In this document: in pieces, positions 49,921 to 63,057 of the stretch
Layout: every line of letters begins with the position of its first letter
How positions within the stretch are numbered: the stretch's first letter is position 1
Assembly: GCA_048013815.1 (NCBI GenBank)
Contig: CM106586.1
Span: 11,966,001-12,030,000 of the forward strand
Direction: 5' to 3'
From: Setoptus koraiensis
Taxonomy: Eukaryota > Animalia > Arthropoda
Length of the DNA stretch: 64,000 bases
Position numbers and translations under genes: made by a program
The notes under the pieces: model-generated
Databases searched by the model: none
Told to the model about the DNA's origin: nothing
Seen by the model: the letters and a program-made list of their open reading frames with translations, nothing else

Positions 49921-52491
49921 ACTACACCTGTCTACACATAGCTGATATGCAGTTCTCAAAGTCCGATCTAGCCAGCCAGCCAGCGAGCTTGCTGCAACTG
50001 ATCGGATGGGCTTGTCGGCGGCGGTGGCGGCGGCGGCGGCTACGCCAGCGAAATTGGATAAAATAAGCACATGCTCTTTTATTTCACTCTTGAATCAAGA
50101 GTCTTGATATATTCACGCTGTCTGCGTTGGGTTTAAAAATACAGTTTGCTTACCGTGGAGTTTGCCAATTGTGTTTGTGTAAGTGTGTGCAAAGAGAAAG
50201 AATTGTGAAAGTTTAGTATAAACGTAGCAATCATTCTCATCCTCTCATTCTTCTCTGGGCCGATATTGCAACGTCCCAAGTTCGAAGTGGCGGCTGCAAC
50301 TTGAAGCACTGCAATATCGGCCCACAGCCAACAGCTACACCAAACAACAACAACAACAACAACGGCACCAACAACCGCAACAACTGCCAACAATGAGCCA
50401 GCCAACACAACACAGGTAACTTGTCAGTCGGTCCTTCGGCGGGCCGCTAAGCTCGCCGTGGTCGTTGGCTTCTATTCTAATGTTGGAGCACTATTAATCT
50501 TCGCTGAGTTGCCAAGTCAATTTACATCGCCGAGCTGATCTACTAACAAGACTAACAAATACACAAATGCTAAGCTGGCTGGCTGGCTAGCTGGTTGGCA
50601 AACTCACCTGTGCCAGAGACAACAAGCGTTAGACACATTCACACATACATGTGAGTGTATGAATTTTGCCTGAATAAAGCTAAAATCTAATTGCGCTAAA
50701 TATACAAGTAAATCAAAGTCATCAGCTGCAGAGCGAGGTGCACCAAATGAATAATTAGATGTTTATGTGGCAGCTATGAAGTTTATGGATTACACACTCA
50801 AGCTAAGCTAAAATTGTTGAAATGTCAACTAGTCAATTATCGTCGTCACTGTCGTCTAATTGAGGCATATGGAATATTTTGCGACAAACGACTGCTTCAC
50901 CTGTCGTCAGCATGCGCTGACAGCTCAGGCGAGCCCCATCGATAACCGAAACAGGTAACAACTTTGCACTTACATACTTGTATGTCGCTCAAATCTTTAC
51001 AATCAGCCAAACACAATATAGCTGACAATAACTGTTCATTAATTGTTCATTAATTGTTGCTCTCTACTGAATCGCTTTATGTAACTGTTATATAACGATA
51101 ATCAAACAGTTATGCGGCTGTTTCGAAACTAGAACAATATCTATTGCAATCACCATAATCACTGTAGACATGACAACTGCCAACGATGGTACCCACTGAT
51201 TTTCACAATCATCGTTACACATGATACTAACCTCACTGTCGTCAAATGTTATAATACGCACTGTGATGTAATAATAAACTCATTAGAGGAGAGAGGAGCG
51301 TCCGGCAACTAATGAGCATTGATGAAACAATCAATTGTCGATTATCGCAAACTTTTTTCGCAGACAAACTTTTTTCAGGATGACAACTCGACTTGATCAA
51401 TGGAACTGTGATGAATTCTTTCATTAGCCCACTTAGAATATTCCTGTCAATAGTGAGCCATCGCAGCAGCATCCACGGCGCCAAACAAAAGTGTGAATTT
51501 TCATTTTCAGTTGATCGGATCTCGTAATTAATTTTGGTTTTGGGCGCTCTTTTGCTGCCTCATCGTAACTCTCTCTCTCTCTCTCTCTGGAATAAAGTGG
51601 AATATTTCTACACACGCCATTGGCACACTTAAAAGCAACAGTACAACAGGTCAATGGTAATCGGTTCGTTCACTGACAGTTATGCAATAGTTTTTGTGTA
51701 CAGCAACACATGCTACCAACTGGCCAATCTATTAGATTGAATCTAATGAGTAGGCGAGATCATTAGGGCCAACCAAAGTATGTGACAATCGCTTCGCAAC
51801 CAGTGGAGCGATTCGGCGTGACACAGTGTATTACTTGTCGACTTACATCACAGCATTGTATCGGGCATTTATTGTTGCCGATTTCGCCCAATTTTCTCCT
51901 ATTGAGGGTTTTACACAATTCACTCCAAATGGGTGCATGTGTCATATTTAAGGTGTGACTTTTTGCACCTTTGAAAAGTGCTCCAATCAGTATAGTAGCA
52001 TGTATGACACCGGCATCAGTTGGGCATGTCGATCAATGAAAAACTTAACAGCTAATTTAGCAGCAAAGTCACAGCCGGACATGTCAATGTCAAGACAAAA
52101 CTAACTTAACTTAAGTAAACTTTTCAACTGGCCCTAGATTCCGAAAGCCCATAGTTGCGCAGAACTAAGCCCATAGTTGAGAATTCATTTCCTGTTCACA
52201 ATTGGTGCTCATGATACAAGACACGATACAGAGGCCAGCTATTGTGCTAGAAAAGTCATTAGATACACACCAAGCGCCATCGGTATTGCATGGATGAAAT
52301 TGATTGAGAATTGTCAGTTAGCTAGCCCCATTTTTGCAACAACAACAACAATCACAAAGGTAAGCATGATAGAGCTTAGATTGGCCAGAGCAGATTCTTG
52401 CAAGGCGAAAAATGGGGCCCTTTGTTGGGTCAACAGTCAACAATCACAGCTAACAATGCTGACCAAGCACACGAGGCGCCCCTGCTGACCA

Positions 52492-52575
52492 GCACCAGTT
52501 TCTCTGCACCAGTTTCTCTGCACCAGTTTCTATGCACCAGTTTCTTTGCACCAGTTTCTTTGCACCAGTTTCTAT
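52492..52575. repeat. 14-nt minisatellite GCACCAGTTTCT(C/A/T)T
   Basis: 6 copies. Confidence 0.92.
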
Positions 52576-53620
52576 GCCTCTGCGCGCCTAGACACAAACA
52601 TGATGGTGTCAGGGTGCACGCCCAAAAGCCCTGAAGGTATTCTGACACTGTCAAGCTGACAGTTGCATCAAAATTACCGAGCCGGGCCTCGTGAAAGGTG
52701 GGCGTGCACGCCGGGTCGGCGCGGCCGGCCTCAGCGCCCGGGTGAGGCGCGTGCTGGGCATGCGCACATGCTGAAGGGGCTAAGAGTGGGGCGATAAAAA
52801 GGTGAACAACAGCACCCATGCCAGATAAAAGACCGGTAGCATGTGCGCGTGCATCACACTGTGCGCGCACAGACATGGCAAGTTGCCAGAGTCACCTTTG
52901 GGCTAGCCTCCTACTACATGTACGTGTACATGCATTACGTGTGTGTTTTATAACGTGATTATGTGTTTCATAGTGTGTTTAATAGGGGGACAGCTCGTGT
53001 CGCAACACTTTGCACGGGAGTGCTGTGATGCCGCTACTGCCGCCCCCTGAAAGCAACGTAAAGCGGTGACGTGTTTCTGGGTCATCTGATGCGCGCGCGC
53101 GACAACACACGGCGGTTCATAGATCAGATGATGTAAACCGGTTCTGGCGCACGCAGTTTGCAGCGCTGTTGTGCGTGCAAAATAGTTGCAACAGTGGCAA
53201 TGTAGTTGTTAGTGGCGTGCTCGTGTCGTCGCGATAACGTTGCAAATTATGCGCTGTTTTGCCATTGTAATAACACCTATCGGATATTGCAAAAGTTACT
53301 ATTGGAGCGGGCGCGTGTGCTCGTTCGACGTGGCGCCGGCGTCATGTGTCTCGTCGTTCATGATGCAAGGCACATTTGCGCACATGTGCCACCACAATGA
53401 TGATGCCACCCGGTTATACAAGATGAGTCGCCTTGTTGGGTACGCGTTTAAGTGCGTAGAGAAGAAACTCGTGATGGCTATAAATATAAAACTGCCTCCA
53501 TAATTATATAAATATAACCTACGCACCATTCATAATTGTCGCCTATCTAGAATTATCTTATCAACACAAATTGTCCCATCCTGTCCAATACTCAATACAA
53601 AAACCAGCCTCAACCTCAAA

Positions 53621-56600
53621 ATGACCAAGCCCCCCGACGACAAATCGCAGCAGCAGGCACACAGGAAGCACCCGCTAGACAGGGCCGGTCTCGTCAGCCA
53701 ACTGTTCTTCTTGTGAGTACATGCTCACTAATTATTAATTTATTGTCTCAATCAATTAATCAGTCAGTTAATTAATCATCTCAAACAATCAATTAATTGC
53801 TAATCACGGGCGCAAACACAATCAACGGCTCAGTTGGATGTTTCCCTACATATGGACGGGCTACAAGAGAGATATCACCCTTCAGGATCTGCCCACTGAC
53901 CCTCCACGCAAGGAGCGCTGCGCCGTCATTACAGAAAAACTCATCCGGTGAGTGCCCCATCATCGGTGACATCACCACCGATCATTATTATATTCACATT
54001 ATTATTATATTGACATTATTATTATATTCACATCTCTTTACTCACATTGTCATATTCATAATGTTATATTCACGTGCTCATATTCGAAATGATATATCCA
54101 CGTGCTTATATTCACATTCATACAAATATATTCACACGGTCACACTCATATAAATATATTCACATGGACATATTCACATTGCCCCACTCAGCCGCTGGAA
54201 TGAGCAACTGGCCCTGCTCGAGCAGGGCAAAACACCCAGTCTCACACGAGCTGTGATAAAAACCTTCTCCTGGCCACTATTCAGGGATTCCCTCATATCT
54301 ATTTTCGCGGTTAGTCACCATTATTTATTTCCTCGTCATTATCATCGGCTACGTGATACAATCTTATAACAATCTCTTATCAACTCTCGCCCTAACAACA
54401 TGAACAACAGGAAGTCTTATGTAGAACCTACCAGGCCTACAGTGTCGGCCAGATCTTGCACTATATCTACGAGAGAGGCTTGCCAGCATCAGATCCCGTC
54501 CTACAAAATTTCTACACCATCGACAATCCTATCATTCAATGGACACTTATTCTAATCATCTCGTCATCCTGTTGGGTTCTCACGGCTCATTTTTACGGAT
54601 TCAGAATGCTCCGCATTGGGCTCCATCTAAGAGCAGGTTGCGCTCATCTGATTTACAACAAGTCGCTCAAGTTGAGCCAGAGCTCCCTGAGACGCTCAAC
54701 CATCGGTCAAATGGTAACTATATGTGCAACTAAATATTTCCAATCAATTACCGCTCTTGAACAACTAACTGAACCAACTAAACGACCCGACCACCACTGT
54801 CTAATACTAGGTTACCCTGCTATCGAATGACTTGGAAAAATTCAACGTATTCACCATATTCGTACCATTTTTGTGGATTGGTCCACTGCAAACGATTCTC
54901 TCTTTGTATTTGATTTGGCCGTTAATGGGACCAACAATCATCGGCGTACTTGTACTGTTGGCCTTCCTAGTGCCTCTGCAAATATTCATGTCCTTCAAAT
55001 ATGGCTCATATCGAGGCAAAATTGCTCGCTCAACGGATACACGGGTTCGTTTGGTCAACGAAATAATATCGTCGCTCAGATTGATCAAGACATACGCATG
55101 GGAATATGCTTGCCAGGCGTCCATGGCCAAGGCAAGAAAAGAGGAGACGGATCTCATTTTCAGGTAAGTAACTCACTCCAGTTTTATGACATTCGATTTT
55201 GTTGTTGCGATCGATCTTGAAAATTTAATCCAAATTTCACAATTTCCTGTAAAAACGATGATTAATGAAATCTAATCAACAACAAAAAAAAAATGAACAA
55301 CAACACAGAGTGAATCAACTGAAGGGTTTTCACTGTGCCATTTCGTTCATATCGGGCAAATGTATAATATTTGTCACAATCGCTTTGCATTGTGTTGCCT
55401 TCAAGCAGCCATTGACGCCACAGGTATTGTTCGTTTGCATAGCCATGCTGGGCAACATACAAGTCACAATGACTAGACTTTTGCCGTTACTTTTTTCAGG
55501 CTGTACCGAAGCCTACATATCGCTGCGCCGCATAAATGAGTTTTTGTTGTTTGAAGAAAAAGAAAAATCACCCACGCATCTCACCTATGACCCCAGCTAT
55601 AAGCCATTTGCAAGCAACTTCGAGCAGAAAACGGCCACAGAAATTGTAGAACAACAGCGAGACGATGGTGACGATATTGGCAAAATTGTCGAGCCGGCCA
55701 TTGTCGAGATGACAAATGTTTGCGCAAAATGGACAGAAAGCAGCACTGATTGCGCTCTGAAAAGCGTCAATCTCAAAGTCGAAACTGGCTCACTGACCAT
55801 TATCTGTGGACCGGTGGCCAGTGGAAAATCTTCGCTGTTTTTGGCCCTGTTAAACGAGCTGCCCATAGAGAGTGGCAAGGCAAAAGTAAACGGCAAAATT
55901 GCCTACGCCAGCCAAGAGGCGTGGATATTTGCTGGAACTATTCGCGAAAATATACTGTTGAATGCGCCGTTTGATTCGAAGCTCTACTGGGAAGTGGTTA
56001 AAGTTTGTGCGCTAGAGAGAGATTTGCAATTGTTTGAAAATGGTGACAATACGTACGTAAGCGACAAGGGTGTGTCATTGAGTGGCGGTCAGAAGGCTCG
56101 AATTAGCTTGGCGAGGAGCCTCTACCGCGATTGCGACATTTATCTGTTAGACGATCCGCTTAGCGCCATTGATGCGCACGTACAAAGTCACATATTTGAG
56201 CAGGCCATTGAGGGTTTTTTGCGTAACAAGACAGTGCTGTTGGCCACTCACCAGCTACACTATCTCAAGAGGGCCGATCAGATCATTGTGATGAAAGAAG
56301 GCCAGATTTTGGCCATGGGCACCTTTAAAGAAATCCAAGAAAATTGTGACAAAGTGGAGTATTTGTACAATAAATTCAACAACAACAACAATAGCAGTCA
56401 AGCCGACGATCAGTGTGGCGATTCAACAGTAATGGATGTCACCAATAAATCAGGCCAAGCGTTGGCTCCCGCCGCAGATCTAACAGGCTTGAATTCGTCA
56501 AACAATCAAGAACCCGAAGCTGAGTCGCTCGGCCGAGAGTTCGCCTCGGCAACAGTCTGGTGGCAATATTTCACCGGAAGTTCAACTTGGCGCCTAATAC

Positions 56601-58765
56601 CGTTCTTGGTGATGCTGCTAATGACTCAGGTGACATTTTCCTCCATTGATGTCTATCTAACCGTTTGGACAATAATAGAACAAGACAAGGCAACAGATAC
56701 GAGCATCCACACTTCGAGCAACGTAACTGCACCAATTGTCAACAACAACAACACCGACAACGCGGCTCGCCGTGCCCAAAGCATGTCGTCCATTTATCGA
56801 CCCTGGTACATACTTGAGTCTCAACTGGACACGGCTACGCTCATGTGCATCTACGCGGGCCTCATACTCGCCCTGTTCACCTTTTCCTGTTTGAAAAATT
56901 ATCTGTTGTTTGCAAACAACTCTAAAACGGCCAATGTACTGTATAGTAAGTTGTTCAATAGTGCCCTGTTTGCGCGCATATCCTACTTCGACAAGAACCC
57001 AATTGGCCGCTTTCTAAACAGAGCAACTAGCGATATTGGATTGATTGACGAACAATTGCCCTTGAAATTACAAGAATCGTTTGAGATCATTCTCTTGGGA
57101 CTGGCCTCAGTGATACTGGTAGCACTGGTGGACATTTCTATGATTGTTCCATCGTCATTGGTCATCCTGATATTTATTGCCTTTCATCAAGTCTACATAA
57201 AACCCGCTAGAGATATCAAACGGTTCGAAAACGTAGTCAAAAGTCCAATATTGTCGCATTTGGCCACATCTCTGAGCGGCCTCACAACTATTAGAGCAAG
57301 TGGAGTTGAGCCAGAGTTTGAGCAACAATTTATACAATATCAAGATCAATACTCAGGCATTTACCTGCTCTACATGGGCTGCAATCGTTGGTTGGCCGTC
57401 AGCCTGGATTGGATGAATTGTTTGTTTATCTCGTCGATATCAATATGGTCGGTTGTTACCGGTCTAGACGGTTCGTCAGCTGGTCTAGTGATAACTAACG
57501 CTATAATGTTGTGTTGTTTGGCTCAAACGGGTATAATGTGTTTGTCTGATTCCGAATCTATGATGACCAGCATCGAGCGCGTCAGCCAGTATTGCAACCT
57601 GCCGCGAGAAGATCATTACGACGACGACGACGTCGTCGGCTCCAGTAATAATGTTAAAAAGTCACCAAAAAAAAGTTTGGTTAAGAAAGAAAAGACTGGC
57701 GTCCAACAAGTGAGCGACTTATATAAGTTGACCGAAGACAAAAAACACAAAGAGCAATGCAACCTGGCACCAGTAATTAAGAAGAGTGCCAGTTGTGAGT
57801 CCGTCATAAATGGAAATCAATTAACCATGAAGCAAACAGACATGCAAATGAAGCAAGTGCACAAAATTCCTGGTGCCGTAGAGTATAGAAATGTTTATTT
57901 ATATTATGACGACCTCGAGAGGCCAGTGTTGAAAGATCTGACGTTCAAAATTGAGGCCGGCGAAAAGGTGGGCATTGTGGGAAGAACGGGCGCTGGAAAA
58001 TCGTCTATATTGACCACTTTGTTTAGACTGTACGATTTTCAAGGGCAAATATTTGTGGAGGGAATAGACAGCAAAACAATTGGTCTAAAACAGTTGCGCA
58101 GGAGCATTAGCATCATACCCCAAGATCCGGTTTTGTTCACCGACACTGTCAGACTGAATGTGGATCCGTTTTCTGAATACGACGACCACAGTGTATGGCG
58201 AGCTCTTGAGTTGGCCAATCTGAAAGGAGCCGTGCTCGACATGAAGAAGGGCCTCAATTCTCAACTAAGCGAAAGAGGTCAGTAATGCTACATTATCATC
58301 TTATTTACTAATTCTCATTTATTTACAAATAGACATGACTAATGTAATTTGATTCACAATGCAATCACATCCATAGGCGGAAACCTGTCTGTTGGTCAGC
58401 GTCAGTTAATGTGCTTGGCGAGGGCCCTATTAAAACCAAATCACATTTTAGTTATGGACGAGGCAACGGCCAATGTTGATCCGGACACAGATGAGATAAT
58501 TCAAGGCACTGTGAGGAGAGAATTCGCCCAATGGACAGTACTGATAATCGCTCATAGACTTAATACTATCATTGACTGTGATCGTGTTATCGTTATGGAC
58601 GCCGGAAGATTAGTTGACATAGATGAGCCATATAATCTGATCAACAAAACCGACAGTCACTTCGCTAATATGCTCGCCGCAACAGGCAAATCAAACGAGC
58701 AAAAGCTGCGTGCTCTGGCCAAGCAAGCCCACGATCTTAAAAACAAAAGAACTGGTGTCTCATGA
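53621..58765 (+). CDS. ABCC4: ABC transporter subfamily C, MRP4-like short form without TMD0; exons 53621-53712, 53834-53947, 54192-54309, 54411-54713, 54811-55163, 55309-58277, 58377-58765 (4338 nt, 1445 aa)
   Basis: All six introns are GT-AG and phase-compatible. NBD1 has GPVASGKS/LSGGQKAR/YLLDD; NBD2 has GRTGAGKS/LSVGQRQ/VMDEATANVD/IAHRL. The N-terminus reads HPLDRAGLVSQLFFFWMFP. The symbol denotes the ABCC4-like clade, which is often expanded in arthropods. Confidence 0.93.
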
Positions 58766-60374
58766 ATGATACAGAACGCTTATATTTATGATTGCTTGGA
58801 ATATTCGTAGACACCATTATTTGCCATTTGTTAGCTGAGCTATCCAATGGTAATATCGCCACCATAACTAACACAAAAATTAGTGCAACCGTAATAATCT
58901 AGCCGAAGATGCCCGCACGATAAAAAGTTACGTGCCCACAAGTCATTTTCGCAGAATTGAAATAAACAAAAAGACAGTAATATATCCCTATAATGGTCGC
59001 ATGGTTAGCTTGTCAGCATGTGATTATGCATACAACCTTTGACAACTTTTGCGAACTCACGATCGACAACGGCTACACGCACTGGTTACACTGTGACACC
59101 TTCACTGGTTTACATTTTTAATCTGAATGACCGTTCGAGATTCGCGAAGATCGTTTGTTATAATGATGATGCTCATGTCGGCAATTTGTCAATTTGTCAC
59201 TGAGCAATACTATCAAGTATGAAACTAGTGTGATTAAATGGCCTAATCTGGTGTGTTTTGCATGTATCATTAGGCCATACTGATACTGGCCCAAATGCGT
59301 CCGTTAGCAAGAAAGTGACTCAACAAGTGCAAGCGCCAATTGCATAAGCGGCCAAAAAAGCGCTGGATCGTTCGGCTATCTTCCGATCGCATTTGGTCAG
59401 TCACATTCGCTGATATGGCGGTGCAAATCGGATGTTTTGAACAACCATTTTTCAACCAGCTTGAAACATTGTATCATCTGGATAATGTGCATCAATCAAT
59501 TTGAACTAACAGTTGAATGAGAGCGGTTTGAAGCGGCTCGACTTGCTATGGACATGCTGTCAGCATAATTACGCCAACACCAGTCAAGATTGATGAATGC
59601 AAGTGTCACCTCCATTGATCCAGTCGAGTTGATATATCACTTGTTGCTGTCAGACGGCTGAATCAATTCATGCCTAATCAACAACGAATAATTCTTTTCA
59701 CGCATTTGCCTGTCTAAAGATGTGACGTTAGTTGTGATTTATTTGTCACACTTGTTTGGCTGATCCTCAACGCGGCAGTGTGTGTGTGTGTGGATAGCAG
59801 TTGTCTAATAAACTCAGGTGAGTGATGCTCTCGCCTCGAGTACTAACAATGTTGTAAGCCCAAATAAGCTCTCACACTCACAGGCCGATCCAACTAATTT
59901 GCAGATCAAGAACGAATAGAAAACATGAAACGTCACCCCCATCGACAATAGACTAGCCGCGTTAATTAGCCACGTGATGCTGCGAGATTCGGGTGCTGCT
60001 TGCACTCCCGCCACCTGTTAAACAATTTGTCAAATAGTGTCTCACAAAAAGTGTCAGTAAAACAGCGAGACGCCCACAGTTAGCGTTGGGCGGCGTCGTT
60101 GTCGGTCAGTGAGCGGAAAGCCGCTCGGTGGTTTCTGGTTTTCTCGCTCCATTCTCTACTTCCGGTGTCATGCCCCAATGGGCTGTTTGGCAGCATTGTT
60201 TGCGCATGCTCGACCTAGGTGGTTGGCCAGTTTAGTCGTGGTAGTAGTAGTAGTATTGTGTGTCCGAAATCAACGTGATGTTGGCGATTAATCTTCAGTT
60301 TACAATTTGTTAGCTGCACACGTTGTTGTTGTTGTTGTATAGCGCGTGGCACGCGCAAACAACTAAAACTAGTA

Positions 60375-60490
60375 GCGCGCCAATAGCACAGGTGACCCGT
60401 TATTGGTGACCACGTGAACGGGTAACGGGACACACCTGCCCGCACCGTACCGTGGTGGCTCGGGGCGGAGCGGAGCGCCTGTTTAAATGG
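60375..60490. promoter_or_regulatory. compact cluster of promoter-type motifs
   Basis: CCAAT 60380, CAGGTG 60389, ATTGG 60402, CACGTG 60411, CACCTG 60433, GGGCGG 60463 and TTTAAA 60482 lie within ~110 nt. Function is inferred. Confidence 0.3.
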
Positions 60491-62502
60491 GTGGGCGCGT
60501 TTTATCTGGCTGGTTTGTTGTTGGCGGGCATTGGACATGAGCGCTACAAAAGGGGCCAACAAAGGTCAGAGAACAGGTGACAGGGCAGCATCGTATTAGG
60601 TATTGCTTAATTGCAGCTTTATTGTTATTGTTTGTGTGTGCGTTTATTTACCATCATCATCACTGATTAGCAGCATCAGAGTAGATGGATTCATTTGATA
60701 AGTTGAACACATTAGCAATACCTGAAACTATTATTATACATGCTGACAATGTTGTGAGTATTGGAATAGGCATAGCATATGCTTGTGTGTGTGTGTGTGT
60801 GTGTGTATGCAGATATAGATAGATATAGACATAGATATATGTCTATATCTAAAGAGAGAGAGTGGCCAAAGTGAGTGAGGGACATTTTGTAATGGAATCA
60901 TCTATCGAATTAAAAATGATAATAGTAACATAAACAACAGTGCAGCCTCAACAATAGACATAAATGGTCAGTGCTGGCGCGTTTGCTGACCACATGCGAT
61001 TACAATTGTTTCTGTCTGTCCACCGTGCAGAAGAATAGCATTGGTGTGGATAGCTGATATTAGGCTATTAGGCTAACTGGCGATTCTCGCCTATTTCAGC
61101 AACCTGACCAGCAGCACCAGCGACACTGCTGCTCGTCAGGTTGCTGATGTCGATGCTGATGCGAGCTTAAACACTCTCTGGCGTGTTGTTTGTAATTGTA
61201 AATAGCAGCATTGGTTGTGACACGAGCACATTATAAAATAAAATTAAATAGGATGGGACGTGGTGTGCACTTGCACGTACAAACAATTTGGCAGCCAGCC
61301 TGTTGGTGCGAGACAACTACCTGTTTTACAACAACCAGCAACCACTGACAACCACCAGCAACCACCAACCACCAATCAGCCTGTGGACCTATAACGGTGC
61401 AACTAGTTAAGCTTGTTGTTGAATTGTTGTTGAATTGTTGTTGGTAGCCTGCTTAAATAAACGTGTCTGCTAATTTTATAATGTCTCTCTCACTCTCGCT
61501 GTCGTTGTTCGTGATGGTGATAATTCTACTAGCGACAGTGTTTAAGTTTATAAGTGGCCCTAATATCATCTATCCACACCAATCTTCCACTATTATTATT
61601 ATCATTATTGTTCCTCGCTACTACCACTTCTACTGCAGCTACAGCTACAGCTTCTTCGGATATTAGTTTGCTTGCTAGTTAATACAATTGACAGACCATT
61701 CGATTTGATTCGACGACCAGCCAGCAGACAACCGAGAGCACGAACACCAGCATGCGATTGTAATCGCATGTGCTCAGTAATCGCCTGATGGTGCTAGTGT
61801 CAACACTGACCATTTATACCATCTATTGTTGATTATCTGAGTCTGAGGGTTTATATACGCACTTTCATATATATATATTTATATATATATATATACACAC
61901 GACAAATAGTCCTTGACAAACTATTAAACTATCCAGGGAACAATTGCCCATGCTCAACAACTATTGCTGCTGATAATGATGCTGCTCACAGTTTGGCCTG
62001 ATAGTTGGTTTAATAGCGATACTAGTCCAATAGTGGAAGTTGTGCTGATTGTCATTAGTGGTCAGCTTGTTATTGTCGTCCTCATGGGGTTCTCGAGCAT
62101 TCACGCCAACAATTGTTGTTCAGTTCAATTTAGTTCGTTCGCACCATCAAACTAGCACTGTTTGTCTCACCATCATAATGTCATCATCAATAGCTAAAAC
62201 AAATCGAACGAGAACTGTATCGATATTTTGCGACCAACAGCAATTACCTAGACGTCAGCATAACAACAACAACAACAACAACAACATTTATTACTAAACT
62301 CACAAACTATTTGAATATTCACAATTGACATTCACGCAAACATCGCTTGACAACACAGATATCATCATATCATCAGATCATATCCAGATATTCTGGCAAG
62401 TCACAAAACACACAACATCAACAACAGCCACAACAACAACAAGCACGACGTACAACCGGAAACGTAGGAAACAAAATTACTAACAAAATAACCCTCACAA
62501 AA

Positions 62503-62754
62503 ATGGTACATTCAAATTCTCATCACGTTAACTTTAGAAGCAATAAGATTGCCATCAGTTTTATATTGTTAATAGTTATATCATATACAGTTTTAAATTC
62601 TACAATGATAACAGTCGCAAATGGGGAGGAATTTGATAAAGAATGTTTTGATAAATGCACCAACGCGTGCAGGCCCGCCAAAAGTCAATCACCTGATGAA
62701 AGAAGAACAAGAATAACGTGTTGGAGTTCCTGTACGGCGGTTTGTCTAAGGTGA
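62503..62754 (+). CDS. small secreted cysteine-rich peptide precursor (83 aa; CX3CX3C-X16-CX3CX3C)
   Basis: The ORF-track start at 62347 is TTG, so the first ATG is 62503. The hydrophobic signal region IAISFILLIVISYTVL...VANG precedes a predicted 42-aa mature peptide with six regularly spaced Cys. Confidence 0.8.
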   Translation: MVHSNSHHVNFRSNKIAISFILLIVISYTVLNSTMITVANGEEFDKECFDKCTNACRPAKSQSPDERRTRITCWSSCTAVCLR

Positions 62755-63057
62755 CCCCAAGCTAATACACAAATTCGTACTATTAAAACGACAAATGAGA
62801 TCAACGGCGCGCAAATTTTATGTATATGTATAATAATATCTATCATAAAATATAAATCTTCTCACATACGCTCACATATTTCCATGTATATAAACACCTT
62901 TATCGAATCACAATTTTGATAAGCAATTATCAGTATTACAATATATAAATTATTAAAAAATATGATATGATTATTTTTATTTAATTCATCAATTGATTTA
63001 CATATATAATTTTAATATCATCAATTTTAAATCAATAATATTACTAGCTACTATCTA

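Noticed and set aside
49584-50070. Poly-N/Q/C/T ORFs
   Set aside because: They are products of the (AACAGCAAC)n tract in all frames.
51242-51654. Overlapping 73-80-aa ORFs in non-repetitive DNA
   Set aside because: No recognisable motif or convincing start or splice structure.
53023-53095. C/D-box snoRNA-like arrangement (GTGATGC...CTGA...CTGA)
   Set aside because: The C box is imperfect, I can identify no convincing rRNA-complementary guide next to a D box, and it is not intronic.
62218-62225. TATCGATA (DRE motif) upstream of the peptide gene
   Set aside because: A single 8-mer in 64 kb is about the chance expectation.
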